Shown piece after piece: positions 1-10,882 of a stretch of DNA of 64,000 bases. The translations under genes and the position numbers were made by a program. The DNA lies in assembly GCA_015075635.1 (NCBI GenBank), contig JABTUA010000002.1, positions 1,738,708 through 1,802,707 on the forward strand, given 5' to 3'. Below the pieces are notes generated by a model, which searched no databases, was not told where the DNA came from, and saw only the letters and a program-made list of their open reading frames with translations. How positions within the stretch are numbered: the stretch's first letter is position 1; each line of letters opens with the position of its first letter. The stretch is from Polyangiaceae bacterium. GTDB taxonomy: Bacteria; Myxococcota_A; Polyangia; Polyangiales; Polyangiaceae.

Positions 1-1
1 G

Positions 2-70
2 CTCGAGCGCGAGCTCGGCAAGCCCATCGAGCTTCACGTCACGACCGGCGCGAAGGTCGCGAGCGCGTGA
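2..70 (+). CDS. 3' end of an upstream CDS (partial, product unknown)
   Basis: Frame is open from the window edge (...LERELGKPIELHVTTGAKVASA) to a TGA at 68-70. The stop overlaps the GTG start of the next gene (GTGA). Confidence 0.35.
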   Translation, partial: LERELGKPIELHVTTGAKVASA

Positions 71-945
71 GGGTCGGCGTCGACTTCGGCGGAACCCGCA
101 TCAAGGCCGGGCGTGTCGAGGCCGGCCGCATCGTCGCCTCCGAGATGGTGAAGACCAGAGCCGGCGGAGCGCCTGGGGAGATCCTCGATCAGATCTCCGA
201 GCTGGTCGGCCGCCTCGGCCAAGCGCCGAGCCACGTCGGGGTGGCGATCCCGGGCGAGGTGGACGCGACGGGCCGTTGTTACCGCCTGCCCAACGTTCCG
301 GGCTTCGAGGGCGTGAACGTCCGCGCCGAGCTCGAAGCGCGCCTCGGCACCCGCGTGGCGGTAGAGAACGACTCGACCTCTGCCGCGCTCGGCGAGCTCC
401 TGTTCGGCCACGGTCGCGTCTACCGGAGCTTCCTCGTCGCGACGCTGGGCACTGGCGTGGGCGGGGGCCTGGTGATCGGGGGCGCGCTCCGGCGCGGCGC
501 CCACGGCTTCGCCGCCGAGATCGGCCACCTCACCGTAGACAGCTCCGCCAATGCCGGCCGCTGCGTGTGCGGCCAGCGAGGCTGCATGGAGGTCTATGCC
601 GGCACCCGGGGCCTCCTGTCACGTTACGCCGAGCTCGGCGGCGAAGCCGAGGCGCCCGCGGAGATCGCCGCACACGCGCGAGCAGGCGACGCCGCCGCGC
701 TGGAGGTGTTCGCGGGCATGGGACGCGCGCTCGGTCGCGGCCTGGCCCAAGCTCAGAAGCTGCTCGATCTCGACGCGCTGGTGTTCGGCGGCGGCGTCAG
801 CGCGTCGTTCGAGCTGATCGAGCCGACCCTGCGCGACACGCTCCGCGAGTCGGTGTTCGGTCCGCCTACCGCGGAGGTGCCGCTGCTCGTCAGCGAGCTC
901 GGCGACGGCGCGGGGGTGCTCGGCGCGGCGCACCTCACGGGCTAG
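67..945 (+). CDS. ROK-family sugar kinase (glucokinase-like)
   Basis: N-terminal DFGGTRIKAG ATPase motif and the ROK zinc motif CVCGQRGCMEVYAG. 292 aa, GTG start. Confidence 0.9.
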   Translation: MRVGVDFGGTRIKAGRVEAGRIVASEMVKTRAGGAPGEILDQISELVGRLGQAPSHVGVAIPGEVDATGRCYRLPNVPGFEGVNVRAELEARLGTRVAVENDSTSAALGELLFGHGRVYRSFLVATLGTGVGGGLVIGGALRRGAHGFAAEIGHLTVDSSANAGRCVCGQRGCMEVYAGTRGLLSRYAELGGEAEAPAEIAAHARAGDAAALEVFAGMGRALGRGLAQAQKLLDLDALVFGGGVSASFELIEPTLRDTLRESVFGPPTAEVPLLVSELGDGAGVLGAAHLTG

Positions 946-1441
946 GAGTCTCCACCACGCGCACGAACGCGCTCTTCGGCACCGTCGAGTCACCGCGCTC
1001 GCCGGTCTCAGCCTCCGCCTCCCAGGCGATGCTCAGCGCCTGCTCGCCGCTCACCCGCTCGACGACGACGTCGAATTCGGCGTGCGAAGGTTGGGTGATC
1101 ACCACCTCCCGGAAGGTGACGATGCCCTCCTCGAACGTGCCGGCGTCGGCGGAGTCGCTCATGCGGGCCTCCTTCGGAACGAACTTGAGCCCGCGCGCGA
1201 CGACGCGGGCGCGGACGGTCGCGCCGGAGTCCCCGGGACGCACGAAGCTCGGGTGGAGGCGCAGCTGGAGGCTGAGCGCGTGACTCGAGTCCGCCGTGAG
1301 GGAGAAGCGCGCCGACTGCTGCCCGGCGGGCAGGTCGAGCACCCCGCCCTGCTTGTGGTTCACGCTCCAGCGCGCCTGCGAGGTCGCGAGCAGCGCAAAC
1401 GCCGCGACCACCAGCACCACGAAATGAGCCCAGCGCCGCAT
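935..1441 (-). CDS. Hypothetical exported/membrane-anchored protein
   Basis: Internal ATG at 1441 gives MRRWAHFVVLVVAAFALLATSQA, a signal peptide or TM anchor. GC3-rich frame. The start is chosen over the ORF-track start at 1531. Confidence 0.6.
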   Translation of the reverse strand: MRRWAHFVVLVVAAFALLATSQARWSVNHKQGGVLDLPAGQQSARFSLTADSSHALSLQLRLHPSFVRPGDSGATVRARVVARGLKFVPKEARMSDSADAGTFEEGIVTFREVVITQPSHAEFDVVVERVSGEQALSIAWEAEAETGERGDSTVPKSAFVRVVETPSP

Positions 1442-1529
1442 GCCTTGGAGCCTGCCACCGGCGGGGCCGGCGGGGAACCGGGCCCGAGATAGCGCGCAAC
1501 CGGAGCCGAACCGTCCCCGATGGGTCGCC

Positions 1530-2531
1530 ATGACTGCACCCGTCGCGCACCGACGTCCCTCGATCCCGGTCGAACATTCCGCTACCCGCGAGCAAGCCGC
1601 CCGCTCCGGAGCGCGACCAGCCCAAGCCCCGCCGCTGACTCCCGCTGCACGAAGCTTGGTCGCCAGGGCGAGCAGCCTGTCAGCAGCTCCGCTCGACGCC
1701 GCGCGTGTTCAGGCCCGCATGAACGACTTCATGGCGCACACCGGAGGGCCCTATCGCGTCGGCGGACGAGACATCCAGGTGGCTCCGGCCTTCCGCATGG
1801 TGGGAGGCATGAATCAGGGCACGGCGACCGAGTCCGTCGCGCGTATCCGAAAAGCGCTCGGGCCCGACGCCTACCGTCGGATCGCCGCCGACGTCGGGTA
1901 TGTCACGGCGGGGAAAGGTACTCCCGACCAGGTGCGTCGAGTGACCCAGGCAATCATCGACTCTCCGGTGGGTGGGCGCTACCCGACGACCGAAGCTGGC
2001 ATCCGGCAGCTGATGTGGGATCACGGGATTGGGATGGACTGCTCGGGGTACGTACACCACGCCTTCCTGGCGGTCCGCGGCGGCGCCTCCCGGTTTGGTC
2101 TCGGCGACGCCTTGACCTCTGGGCTCCAGTCACCGTCTGGGTCGGTCTTCCAGCGCGTGCATCCGCGGAGCGCCCGTCCGGGAGATGTGATCCTGCTGAC
2201 CAACGGAAGCGACGGTACGGGCCACAAGGTCATCGTCTACGCCCGTCACGAAGTCCCTCGTGGTACGGAGATGCACGACCGACTGGCCCGAGCGCTTGGA
2301 ACAGGTGCATCGCGCTTTCATCTTCTCGAGGTCGACTCTTCCTGGGGTGCCGGGGGTCGTGCCGATCGCGGAGGGGTAGAGCGTCGGGTCTGGGCCTTCG
2401 ACGAAGTGACTCAGCGCTGGGCGAGCCTCGAGAAGGACTCGAGAGGGCAGTGGCACGCCTTCGCGTCCGAGAAGGCCGGCCCGTATGACCACGACCTCGG
2501 GGGCATCTACCGTCCGAGAGCGGAGCAATGA
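1530..2531 (+). CDS. NlpC/P60-like cysteine peptidase/amidase, no signal peptide
   Basis: GMDCSGYVHHAF (catalytic Cys context) followed by PGDVILL...GHKVIVY (His context). Start is uncertain (ATG 1530 or ATG 1719). No hydrophobic N-terminus. Confidence 0.7.
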   Translation: MTAPVAHRRPSIPVEHSATREQAARSGARPAQAPPLTPAARSLVARASSLSAAPLDAARVQARMNDFMAHTGGPYRVGGRDIQVAPAFRMVGGMNQGTATESVARIRKALGPDAYRRIAADVGYVTAGKGTPDQVRRVTQAIIDSPVGGRYPTTEAGIRQLMWDHGIGMDCSGYVHHAFLAVRGGASRFGLGDALTSGLQSPSGSVFQRVHPRSARPGDVILLTNGSDGTGHKVIVYARHEVPRGTEMHDRLARALGTGASRFHLLEVDSSWGAGGRADRGGVERRVWAFDEVTQRWASLEKDSRGQWHAFASEKAGPYDHDLGGIYRPRAEQ

Positions 2532-3487
2532 TCTCCTTCGGTCGCTTGGCTTTCGCCGCGTTCCTCATCGCAGGCTGCAATGGCCCGGGGAGCACGACCA
2601 CGACCGCCGACGCCATGCCGGGGTGCGACACGCCGCTCGCGTGCTGCCGCGCTGGAGACGCTTCGGCGTGTGAGCCCGCCGCTCTCCTCGCCCCTGAAGC
2701 AGGGCGCCGCGAGCCGCTGCTCCGAGGCTGCGAGCTCGGGCGAGCTCCGCTGTGTCTGCGCGCCGCCGTCTCGTTTCTGGGCCAGCGCGCCGGCGAGTTC
2801 GAGCGCCTCGCGACCCGCGGGTGCAAGCTCGACCCGCGGGCGTGGATCTCGGGCACGAATGGCGAGGAGCTGTCTTGCGCTCACTTCGATCGGGAGGTCG
2901 CAGAGCGCGCAGAGCGGCTCGGCAACGCGTGCAGGAGCGCCGAACCTGGCTCATGTCGCGCACTCGGCGAGCTGGTGCGACCCTACGACGGCGCGATGGC
3001 CAAGCATGTTTTTTCCGAGGAGTGCAGCGCTGGTGGCCTCGTTGGCGAGGACATCCATCGCTGCGAGCGCTTCCTCGACTTCCTGGCCTCTCCGCCACAC
3101 TGCCCCAGTACACCGCGAACCACGACGGTGAGCTACGGGCGCTGTCCGAGCGAGGCCAAGGCGCCACCGAAACACCCGGGGCGACTCCGGCTCGGAGCGA
3201 CGGCGGACTCCGCGAGCCAGCCGCTCCGGCGCGCGGTCGAAGCTTCGAGCGCGCTTCGGTACTGCTATGCGGCGGGGCTCGTCGAGGCGCCCAAGCTCAG
3301 CGGCAGCGTGCGCCTGACGGCGCTCGTCGGCCGCCACGGTCGGATCCTCGACGTGTCCACTGTCGGCAGCCGCCTGGAGGATCCCCTCGCGCTCGAGTGT
3401 TTCGCGCGGGAGGCGGGCGAGCTTCGGCCGAACCCGTCCCCCAGCGTCCCCACCACGATGGTCGCATTGCTCGAGCTCCGTCCCTGA
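2528..3487 (+). CDS. Cys-rich lipoprotein with TonB-C/AgmX-like C-terminal domain
   Basis: MISFGRLAFAAFLIAGC lipobox. ATGA overlap with the upstream gene. The C-terminus (SGSVRLTALVGRHGRILDVSTVGS...ECFAREAG) resembles TonB_C-type domains. Confidence 0.75.
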   Translation: MISFGRLAFAAFLIAGCNGPGSTTTTADAMPGCDTPLACCRAGDASACEPAALLAPEAGRREPLLRGCELGRAPLCLRAAVSFLGQRAGEFERLATRGCKLDPRAWISGTNGEELSCAHFDREVAERAERLGNACRSAEPGSCRALGELVRPYDGAMAKHVFSEECSAGGLVGEDIHRCERFLDFLASPPHCPSTPRTTTVSYGRCPSEAKAPPKHPGRLRLGATADSASQPLRRAVEASSALRYCYAAGLVEAPKLSGSVRLTALVGRHGRILDVSTVGSRLEDPLALECFAREAGELRPNPSPSVPTTMVALLELRP

Positions 3488-3695
3488 GCGTCAGAACCCA
3501 TCGAGCTCGACGCGGCAGAGCTCCGCAGGAACATCCGGGTCGTCGGCGTCCAGCACCGCGAAGGCCAGGGTCCTTCCGGGCGCGCACGTGCGCGCCCGAG
3601 CGGTCGAAGAGCGGGCGCCGCTCGGTGATTCGCGCGGTCCTCACGGCTCGACAGACCATAGCAGCCGGCGGCCGTGTGGGTTAACCACTCCGGTC

Positions 3696-4675
3696 ATGAG
3701 AGCCATCGTGATCCGGGAGCCCGGCGGCCCCGAGGTGCTGTCGCTCGAAGAGGTGCCCGAGCCTCGCCTGGGCGAGGGGCAGATCGCCATCGACGTGCGG
3801 GCGACCGCGTTGAACCGCGCCGATCTCCTGCAGCGCCGCGGCCTGTATCCGCCGCCCAAGGGCGAGAGCGAGATCCTCGGTCTCGAATGCGCAGGGGTGG
3901 TCGCGGCGCACGGGCCGGGGGCGAGTGGTCCGCCGATCGGCAGCCGGGTGATGGCGCTCCTGCCCGGCGGCGGCTACGCGGAGCGCGTCGTCGTTCCGGC
4001 GCGGATGGCGCTGCCGATCCCGGAGGGGCTCTCCTTCGAGCAGGCCGCGGCCATCCCCGAGGCGTTCCTCACCGCGCAAGAAGCGCTGTTCACCTTGGGG
4101 CGCGTCGCGCCGGGTGACACGGTGCTGGTGCACGCGGCGGCCGGCGGCGTCGGCTCGGCGGCCGTGCAGCTGGCGCACGAGCACGGCGCCCGCGTGATCG
4201 CCACGGCCGGCAGCGACGAGAAGCTCGCGCGCGTGCGCGCGCTGGGCGCGGACGTCGCGGTCAACTACAAGACCGCCGATTTCGCCGAGGCCGTGCGCTC
4301 CGCCACGAACGGCCGCGGCGCCGACGTGGTGCTCGACTTCGTGGGCGGCGCGTACTGGGAGAAGCACGCGAGCTGCCTGGCGGTGGGCGGGCGCGTCGTC
4401 GTGATCGGCGTGCTCGGCGGGCCGATGGCGGAGGTGAACCTGGCGCAGCTCCTGATGCGCCGCTACCAGATCCTGGGCCTGGTGATGCGCTCGCGCCCGG
4501 TGGCGGACAAGATCGCCATCAGCCAGGCCTTCGCGCGCAACTGGCTGCCCCGCTTCGCGACCGGCAAGCTCGCGCCGGTCGTGGACAGCGTGCTCCCGCT
4601 CTCCGAGGCGCGCCGCGCCCACGAGCGCATGGAAGAGAACGCGAACGTGGGGAAGATCGTGCTGACGCTCTCGCC

Positions 4676-4679
<4 letters not shown>
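3696..4679 (+). CDS. NADPH:quinone oxidoreductase (zeta-crystallin/MDR family)
   Basis: MRAIVIREPGGPEVLSLEEVPEP and the AAGGVGSAAVQLA Rossmann motif. ATG at 3696 is preferred to the ORF-track start at 3588. Confidence 0.9.
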
Positions 4680-5598
<919 letters not shown>

Positions 5599-5602
<4 letters not shown>

Positions 5603-6372
5603 CGACACCCACCGGCTTCGTCCACGGCGCTTCGCAGGTCGCCGCCCGAAACCTGATCGTTTGGCGGCGCTACGCGGCCGCTAGCGCCCTCGGCAACTTC
5701 GGCGAGCCCCTGCTCTACCTGGTCGCCCTCGGCTACGGCCTGGGCCGCGTGGTGCCGCCGATCAACGGCCAGAGCTACGCGGAGTTCCTGGCGCCCGGCC
5801 TGATCGTCTCGACGGTGATGTACACGGCGACCTTCGAGGGCACCTTCGGCGCCTACACTCGCCTGACCACTCAGGGCACCTTCGACGCCATCCTGGCGAC
5901 ACCGGTCACGGTGCCGGAGATCGTCGCCGGCGAGGTGATCTGGGGCGGCATCAAGAGCATGTTCGGCGCGAGTGTGGTCCTGACCGTGGTGACCGTCTTC
6001 GGCCTGGTGCCTTCCTGGCTCGCCCTGTGCACCATCCCGCTCGGGTTCGTGGCCGGCGCGATGTTCTACGCCATGGCCCTCTCGATGACGGCGCTCTCGA
6101 AGAGCTACGAGTTCTTCAACTACTACTTCACGCTGCTGGTCGCGCCGATGTTCCTGTTCAGCGGCGTGTTCTTCCCGCTCGAGCAGGCGCCGCGCTGGGC
6201 GCTCGCGCTGGCGCAAGTGCTGCCCCTCACCCACGTCGTCGCCATCTCGCGGGCGCTCGTGCGCGGAGTCCCCGATGTCGGCACTGCCGGTCACGCCGCG
6301 GTGCTCGGGGTGTACGCCCTGGCTGCGTACGCGCTGGCCGCGGGGCTGTTGCGACGGCGGCTGAGGATTTGA
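5599..6372 (+). CDS. ABC-2 type transporter permease
   Basis: GTG at 5599 overlaps the ATPase stop (GTGA). About six hydrophobic segments (e.g. LLYLVALGYGLG, VVLTVVTVFGLVPSWLALCTIPLGFVAGAMFYAMAL). Confidence 0.85.
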
Positions 6373-6546
6373 GGGCCCGTTCGACGATGCGACGATTTGC
6401 CGATCTCCGTTTCGGCAATCATCGCCGGCATCACCGCTAGTCCTGCTCGGTAGTCTGGCCGGCAACCGATCAAGACTGGCATGACCGGACCGCGCGTTGA
6501 CGTGCCACCACGGCCGGCGTACCGTTAGTCCCGTAGGAGGTGGGAA

Positions 6547-7767
6547 GTGTTTGACGCCGCACGGCACGGCACGGCGCGGCGCGGCACGGCACAGTTGGCG
6601 TGTCACTGGGCGCTGCTGGGCGCCGCTGTGTTTGGAAGTGTGGCGTGTGGTCCCGGACACTCCGACGTCGAGGCGGTCAGGTCCGAGTCCGCCAAGCTCA
6701 CGACAGCGGTTAGCTCCTGCCCAAACGGAGCCCTGGCGGATGAGCACATCTACTTTCGGTATATCGACACCACGGTAACGAGCCAGATTTGCAGGCCCAC
6801 GGGTTCTGAACCTCCGACCATCATCGCGACGGAGGACGCGACCGCGAAGCAAGTCGACATCGCCAATCTCCTCGACGCAGACAGCGCTGCCTTTCATTCA
6901 TGGCACTCCGGCATTCAGCCCGCCTTTCGGGCACTTTTGGAGACCGACGCGTCCATGGACAGGGATGTCTACATCTGGTTCTACGTCGATCAAAGCGACT
7001 TGCCGGCGAAGGAGTGGCTCGCCGGCGAGAAGGACGCGGGCGCGGCCGCAGCAGCGGTGGCTGAGTCACGGATCCGTTCGGCTGCGATCAATCTAGCCGG
7101 AAAGCTCGAAACCGCAGGGGTCCACGTCACTACAGACGTGCTCCTGCCGGTTGAGGCGGCGGCGCCCCAAGTCGCGGGCATGGCAGCGACGATGCAGGAA
7201 CTGAACCCTTCGCTGAAGTACTGGCCAGAGGCGATGGTGCCGATCATCATGGCCGGCGCCGACGAGGACACTGATAACACGCTGCTCAGTCTGGAGGACG
7301 GTGTCGACGACCGCGATGGTGCGGGGCTCGTCAACGCGTACCGCAGCACCGATGTTGCCACCGCGAAATTGGATGGCGGCAACTCTCCCAGCTTCTACGG
7401 TCACGACTACGGGACGATCTACGCCTCATCAACCCCCGAGTGGGCCTTCTACTCGGAGCAATACAAGGCGCGCGCTCTGAACGGGTGGCAGCTTCGGGTC
7501 GCGGCTTTCTTTCAGACTCGTCCGACTTGTCCTGCGAGCCCTGGGTCGTGGTCCTGCACCGCGAATCCGTATCCCCTGTTTTGGCTGCTGGTGTACGACG
7601 GATCCACGTTGGTTGGTTGGTCGTTCAACGGAAACAACAACTACAAGTACACCGCGTTCACCAACACCTCCGGAGTGCAGAGGGATTACACGATCAAGCT
7701 GTACGTCGTCGCGTGGAACGGCCTTCCGGCCACTACTTTCGGTGTTGCCTGGAGCGCTAGCCCATGA
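6547..7767 (+). CDS. Hypothetical lipoprotein (possible degenerate subtilase-like C-terminal region)
   Basis: GGAGG precedes the GTG start. ...LLGAAVFGSVAC lipobox. GAGLVNAYRS resembles the segment after the catalytic Ser of S8 peptidases, but no catalytic triad was recognised. Confidence 0.65.
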   Translation: MFDAARHGTARRGTAQLACHWALLGAAVFGSVACGPGHSDVEAVRSESAKLTTAVSSCPNGALADEHIYFRYIDTTVTSQICRPTGSEPPTIIATEDATAKQVDIANLLDADSAAFHSWHSGIQPAFRALLETDASMDRDVYIWFYVDQSDLPAKEWLAGEKDAGAAAAAVAESRIRSAAINLAGKLETAGVHVTTDVLLPVEAAAPQVAGMAATMQELNPSLKYWPEAMVPIIMAGADEDTDNTLLSLEDGVDDRDGAGLVNAYRSTDVATAKLDGGNSPSFYGHDYGTIYASSTPEWAFYSEQYKARALNGWQLRVAAFFQTRPTCPASPGSWSCTANPYPLFWLLVYDGSTLVGWSFNGNNNYKYTAFTNTSGVQRDYTIKLYVVAWNGLPATTFGVAWSASP

Positions 7768-7786
7768 TGTCACATGGAGACGGCGG

Positions 7787-8632
7787 ATGAACTTGCAACA
7801 TCGGCTGGGCGTGATCGGTGCGCTCGTCCTCTGGCTCGGTGCGCAAGCCTGCGGTGAGGACGGGCAGGCAAGCACAGCGAGCACGGGAGGAGCCGGAGCG
7901 GGCGCGGCTGGCGGCGGCGACGCTACAGCTGACAGCGACGGGGAAGGCGTCGAGGAGGCGGCTGGATCGGGTGGATTAGCTGGTTCCAGCGCTGGAGGCG
8001 CGGGAGGAACGGGCGCTACCGCCTGCGGATCGGGCGGCTACGGCAACGAGGCGGGCAAGTGTCTTGGCGAGCAAGCCTCGATGATCACTTTCGTCAAGGC
8101 AAACAAGTCGTGTGGCGCCGATCAGGACTGTGTTTTCGTGTATTCGCGGTCGGACATTCGTGATCACTGTTCGGGCGGGTTCTACTTGAGCAAGAGCTAC
8201 GACCAGACCGAGTACGGCCAGCTCGAAGCGGCCGTGGCAGCTTGCCTAGGTCCCGACACCAATTACTGCGCCGCAACTCCCTATCCCGCGGCGTGTTGGC
8301 GCGGCATGTGCGTCCCCGGGGGCGGGCTTCCGCTTTCCGCTCGCGACGAGTGCGTCGCGAAGTCCGGAAGTGACGATGCGTGTGCGCTCTGCGCCTGCGG
8401 GCTCTGCAGCGCCTCCGCCTGCTGGAGCAACGCGGGCTGCCAGGCGCTGGCGGCCTGCGCTCGAGGTGCGAGCTGCCTGGGCCAGGCCTGTGGCGATCCG
8501 ACCAGCTCGAACTTCCCCTGTCCGAACGAGCTCGCGCAGGCGGGGTGCGCCAGCTCACCGCAGGTGAGCAACTACTTCCACTTGAACCAGTGCCTGGTGA
8601 GCTGGCAGTGCGCGGCCGCGTGCGCTCCCTAA
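7787..8632 (+). CDS. Cys-rich lipoprotein with Gly/Ala-rich linker
   Basis: ATG at 7787 gives MNLQHRLGVIGALVLWLGAQAC (lipobox), then a GGAGAGAAGGG linker and a Cys-rich C-terminal half. Confidence 0.7.
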   Translation: MNLQHRLGVIGALVLWLGAQACGEDGQASTASTGGAGAGAAGGGDATADSDGEGVEEAAGSGGLAGSSAGGAGGTGATACGSGGYGNEAGKCLGEQASMITFVKANKSCGADQDCVFVYSRSDIRDHCSGGFYLSKSYDQTEYGQLEAAVAACLGPDTNYCAATPYPAACWRGMCVPGGGLPLSARDECVAKSGSDDACALCACGLCSASACWSNAGCQALAACARGASCLGQACGDPTSSNFPCPNELAQAGCASSPQVSNYFHLNQCLVSWQCAAACAP

Positions 8633-9135
8633 CCCAGCCGCCGCGCGACGATCTCGACGGCCTCCTCGGCGGACGCCGCGCGCTCGACCGTGTCGTCCCG
8701 CCGCTCGTCGATGGGGCTGCCTGCGAGGCGCTCGCTCCAGCCGGGCGCGGCGACGCCCACCACGAGCTTGCCGAGCTGCCAGGCCATCGCCATCTCGCTC
8801 AGCGTGCCGGAGCCGCCACCCACGGCGATCACCGCGTCGGCGCTCTGCACGACCAGGGCGTTCCGCGCGATGCCCAGCCCGCTCGGGATGGCGATGTCCA
8901 CGTGAGGGTTGGCCTCGCTCGGATCGCTCCCCGGTAGGATGCCGAGCACGTCGCCCTCGCGATAGCTCGACGCGCGACGCGCGCCCCGCGACGCCGCCGC
9001 CATCACGCCGCCGAGTCCGCCGGTCACCAGCCGGTAGCCGCGCTCGACCAAGCGCTTGCCGAGCTCTTCGGCGATGGCGCAGATCTCCGGCGGCGCCAAG
9101 CCGTTGCCGATCACGGCCACGACCCGCCGCCGCAC
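8629..9135 (-). CDS. TIGR00725/LOG-like Rossmann-fold protein
   Basis: VAVIGNG, GGLGGVMAAASRGA and AVGGGSGTLSEMA motifs. It begins immediately after the ferredoxin stop. Confidence 0.8.
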   Translation of the reverse strand: MRRRVVAVIGNGLAPPEICAIAEELGKRLVERGYRLVTGGLGGVMAAASRGARRASSYREGDVLGILPGSDPSEANPHVDIAIPSGLGIARNALVVQSADAVIAVGGGSGTLSEMAMAWQLGKLVVGVAAPGWSERLAGSPIDERRDDTVERAASAEEAVEIVARRLG

Positions 9136-9450
9136 CTACGCCCCCACCGGCTTGAGGCGGATCAGCCCGTCCTGACCGCGCACCCTCGCCTGGCAAGCGA
9201 GCCGGTTGTTCGCGGGACCCGCCAGGAGCTCGAGCAATTCGCGCTCGAGGTCGCCCGGCGCTTCGAGCAACTCCGCGCCTTCCAGGATCTCCACCTGACA
9301 GGTGCCGCAGCTGGCCGAGCGACACGAGAACGGGATCGGCGCCAACACCTCGTCGCACACGTCCACCAGCTCGCCACCGTCCGGCGCCTCCACGCGCTTC
9401 TCGCGACCGATGGCGTTTCCTTCGAAGACGATGGTGGGCACGGAGCGCAA
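9136..9450 (-). CDS. 2Fe-2S ferredoxin (plant-type)
   Basis: C-x4-C-x2-C (CRSASCGTC) plus the distal LACQ cysteine. 104 aa. Confidence 0.88.
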   Translation of the reverse strand: MRSVPTIVFEGNAIGREKRVEAPDGGELVDVCDEVLAPIPFSCRSASCGTCQVEILEGAELLEAPGDLERELLELLAGPANNRLACQARVRGQDGLIRLKPVGA

Positions 9451-9493
9451 TTGTTGAGCGCCCCTCGCCGAAGCGCAATGCTAAGCTCGCGGC

Positions 9494-10453
9494 GTGCTCG
9501 CTCTGGTCTGCGCCGATCCCCCGCGGCTGGTCTCGGACCATCCGCCACCCGCACGCGGGGCGGGAGAAGCGCGCCTGCGCATGCGCCTGGCAGGGATCTG
9601 CGACACCGATCTGCAGCTCGCTCGGGGCTACATGGGCTACCGCGGCGTGCTCGGCCACGAGGTCGTCGCCGAGGTCGTGGAGTGCGACTCCGCCGGCTGG
9701 CTGGGCCGGCGCGTGGTGGCCGACATCAACGCCGGCTGCGGGCGCTGCCAGGACTGCCGTGAGGCGGGTGGCCACCACTGCCCGACGCGCAGCGTGCTGG
9801 GCATCCTGGCGCGTGACGGCGCGCTGGCAGAAGAGCTGGTGGTCCCCGAGCGCTGCCTGGTCTCCGTTCCCGAAGCGGTCCCGGACGAACGCGCGGTGTT
9901 CGCCGAGCCCCTCGCCGCGGCGCTGCACGTCCTCGACGAGCTGCCCGAGGACTTCTCGGGTAAGGCGCTGGTGCTCGGCGACGGCAAGCTGGGCCTCCTG
10001 ATCGCGCAGGCGCTGGCCTCGGCGGACTTGCCGGTGACGCTGGTCGGCCACCACCCGGACAAGCTCGCCCTTGGCCGAGACCTCGGCGCGCGCACGCTGC
10101 TCGAGTCCGAGCTCGACCGCGGGGCGGAGCGCGCGCCGCTCGTGGTCGAGGCCACCGGCAGCAACGCGGGGCTCGCCCTGGCGCTCAGCCTGACCGAGCC
10201 GCGCGGCACCCTGGTGCTGAAGACCACCGTCGCCGGTCGCTCCGAGGTCGATCTCTCGCCCATCGTGATCGACGAGCTGCGCGTGGTGGGCTCGCGCTGC
10301 GGCGACATGCAGCGCGCGGTGACCGCGCTCGCGGCCGGGCTCGACCCGACCCCGCTGGTGGCCGCGCGCTATCCGCTCGCTCGGGCCGCCGAGGCCCTTG
10401 CTCACGCGGGCCGGAAGGGCACGCTCAAGGTGCTGGTCGAGGGCGCGCGATGA
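9494..10453 (+). CDS. Zinc-binding alcohol/threonine dehydrogenase family protein
   Basis: GICDTDL, GHEVVAEV and the structural-zinc cluster CGRCQDCREAGGHHC. Confidence 0.88.
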   Translation: MLALVCADPPRLVSDHPPPARGAGEARLRMRLAGICDTDLQLARGYMGYRGVLGHEVVAEVVECDSAGWLGRRVVADINAGCGRCQDCREAGGHHCPTRSVLGILARDGALAEELVVPERCLVSVPEAVPDERAVFAEPLAAALHVLDELPEDFSGKALVLGDGKLGLLIAQALASADLPVTLVGHHPDKLALGRDLGARTLLESELDRGAERAPLVVEATGSNAGLALALSLTEPRGTLVLKTTVAGRSEVDLSPIVIDELRVVGSRCGDMQRAVTALAAGLDPTPLVAARYPLARAAEALAHAGRKGTLKVLVEGAR

Positions 10454-10881
10454 GCGACGCTGACGGCCTGCCGATCCGACCCGGCCTGGTCATCCCCGAG
10501 CGCGAGCTCAGCGTGCGCGCCGTGCGCTCGAGCGGCCCCGGCGGTCAGAACGTGAACCGCGTCTCGACCAAGGTCGAGCTCTCTTTCGACCTACCGGGGT
10601 CCACCGCGCTCGAGGCGCCGGTGAAGGCGCGCCTCCGCCGCCTGGCGGAGAATCGCCTGGACGCCGACGGGCGCGTGCTGATCACCAGCCAGGTCACGCG
10701 CTCGCAAGCGCAAAACCTGGCAGACGCCCGGGACAAGCTGGCGGCGCTGATCCGCGCCGCCCTGGTGGTGCCCAAGCGCCGTCGCGCGACCAAGCCCACC
10801 CGCGCCTCGAAGGAGCGCAGGCTGGACGCGAAGCGCAAGCAGTCCGCGAAGAAGCAGGCGCGCGGAAGCCGGGACGACTGA
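10450..10881 (+). CDS. arfB: Alternative ribosome-rescue factor ArfB (peptidyl-tRNA hydrolase)
   Basis: GPGGQNVNRVSTKVEL GGQ motif and a basic C-terminal tail (KRRRATKPTRASKERRLDAKRKQSAKK). ATGA overlap with the upstream gene. Confidence 0.9.
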   Translation: MSDADGLPIRPGLVIPERELSVRAVRSSGPGGQNVNRVSTKVELSFDLPGSTALEAPVKARLRRLAENRLDADGRVLITSQVTRSQAQNLADARDKLAALIRAALVVPKRRRATKPTRASKERRLDAKRKQSAKKQARGSRDD

Positions 10882-10882
10882 G

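Noticed and set aside
276-1283. 335-aa plus-strand ORF in an alternative frame of the ROK kinase gene
   Set aside because: About 30% of its residues are Arg. It overlaps the ROK gene, whose frame shows the diagnostic zinc and ATPase motifs.
8555-10405. 616-aa minus-strand ORF spanning the ferredoxin and dehydrogenase region
   Set aside because: It overlaps three well-supported genes on both strands (TIGR00725, ferredoxin, Zn-dehydrogenase). The translation is an Arg/Gly-rich artefact.
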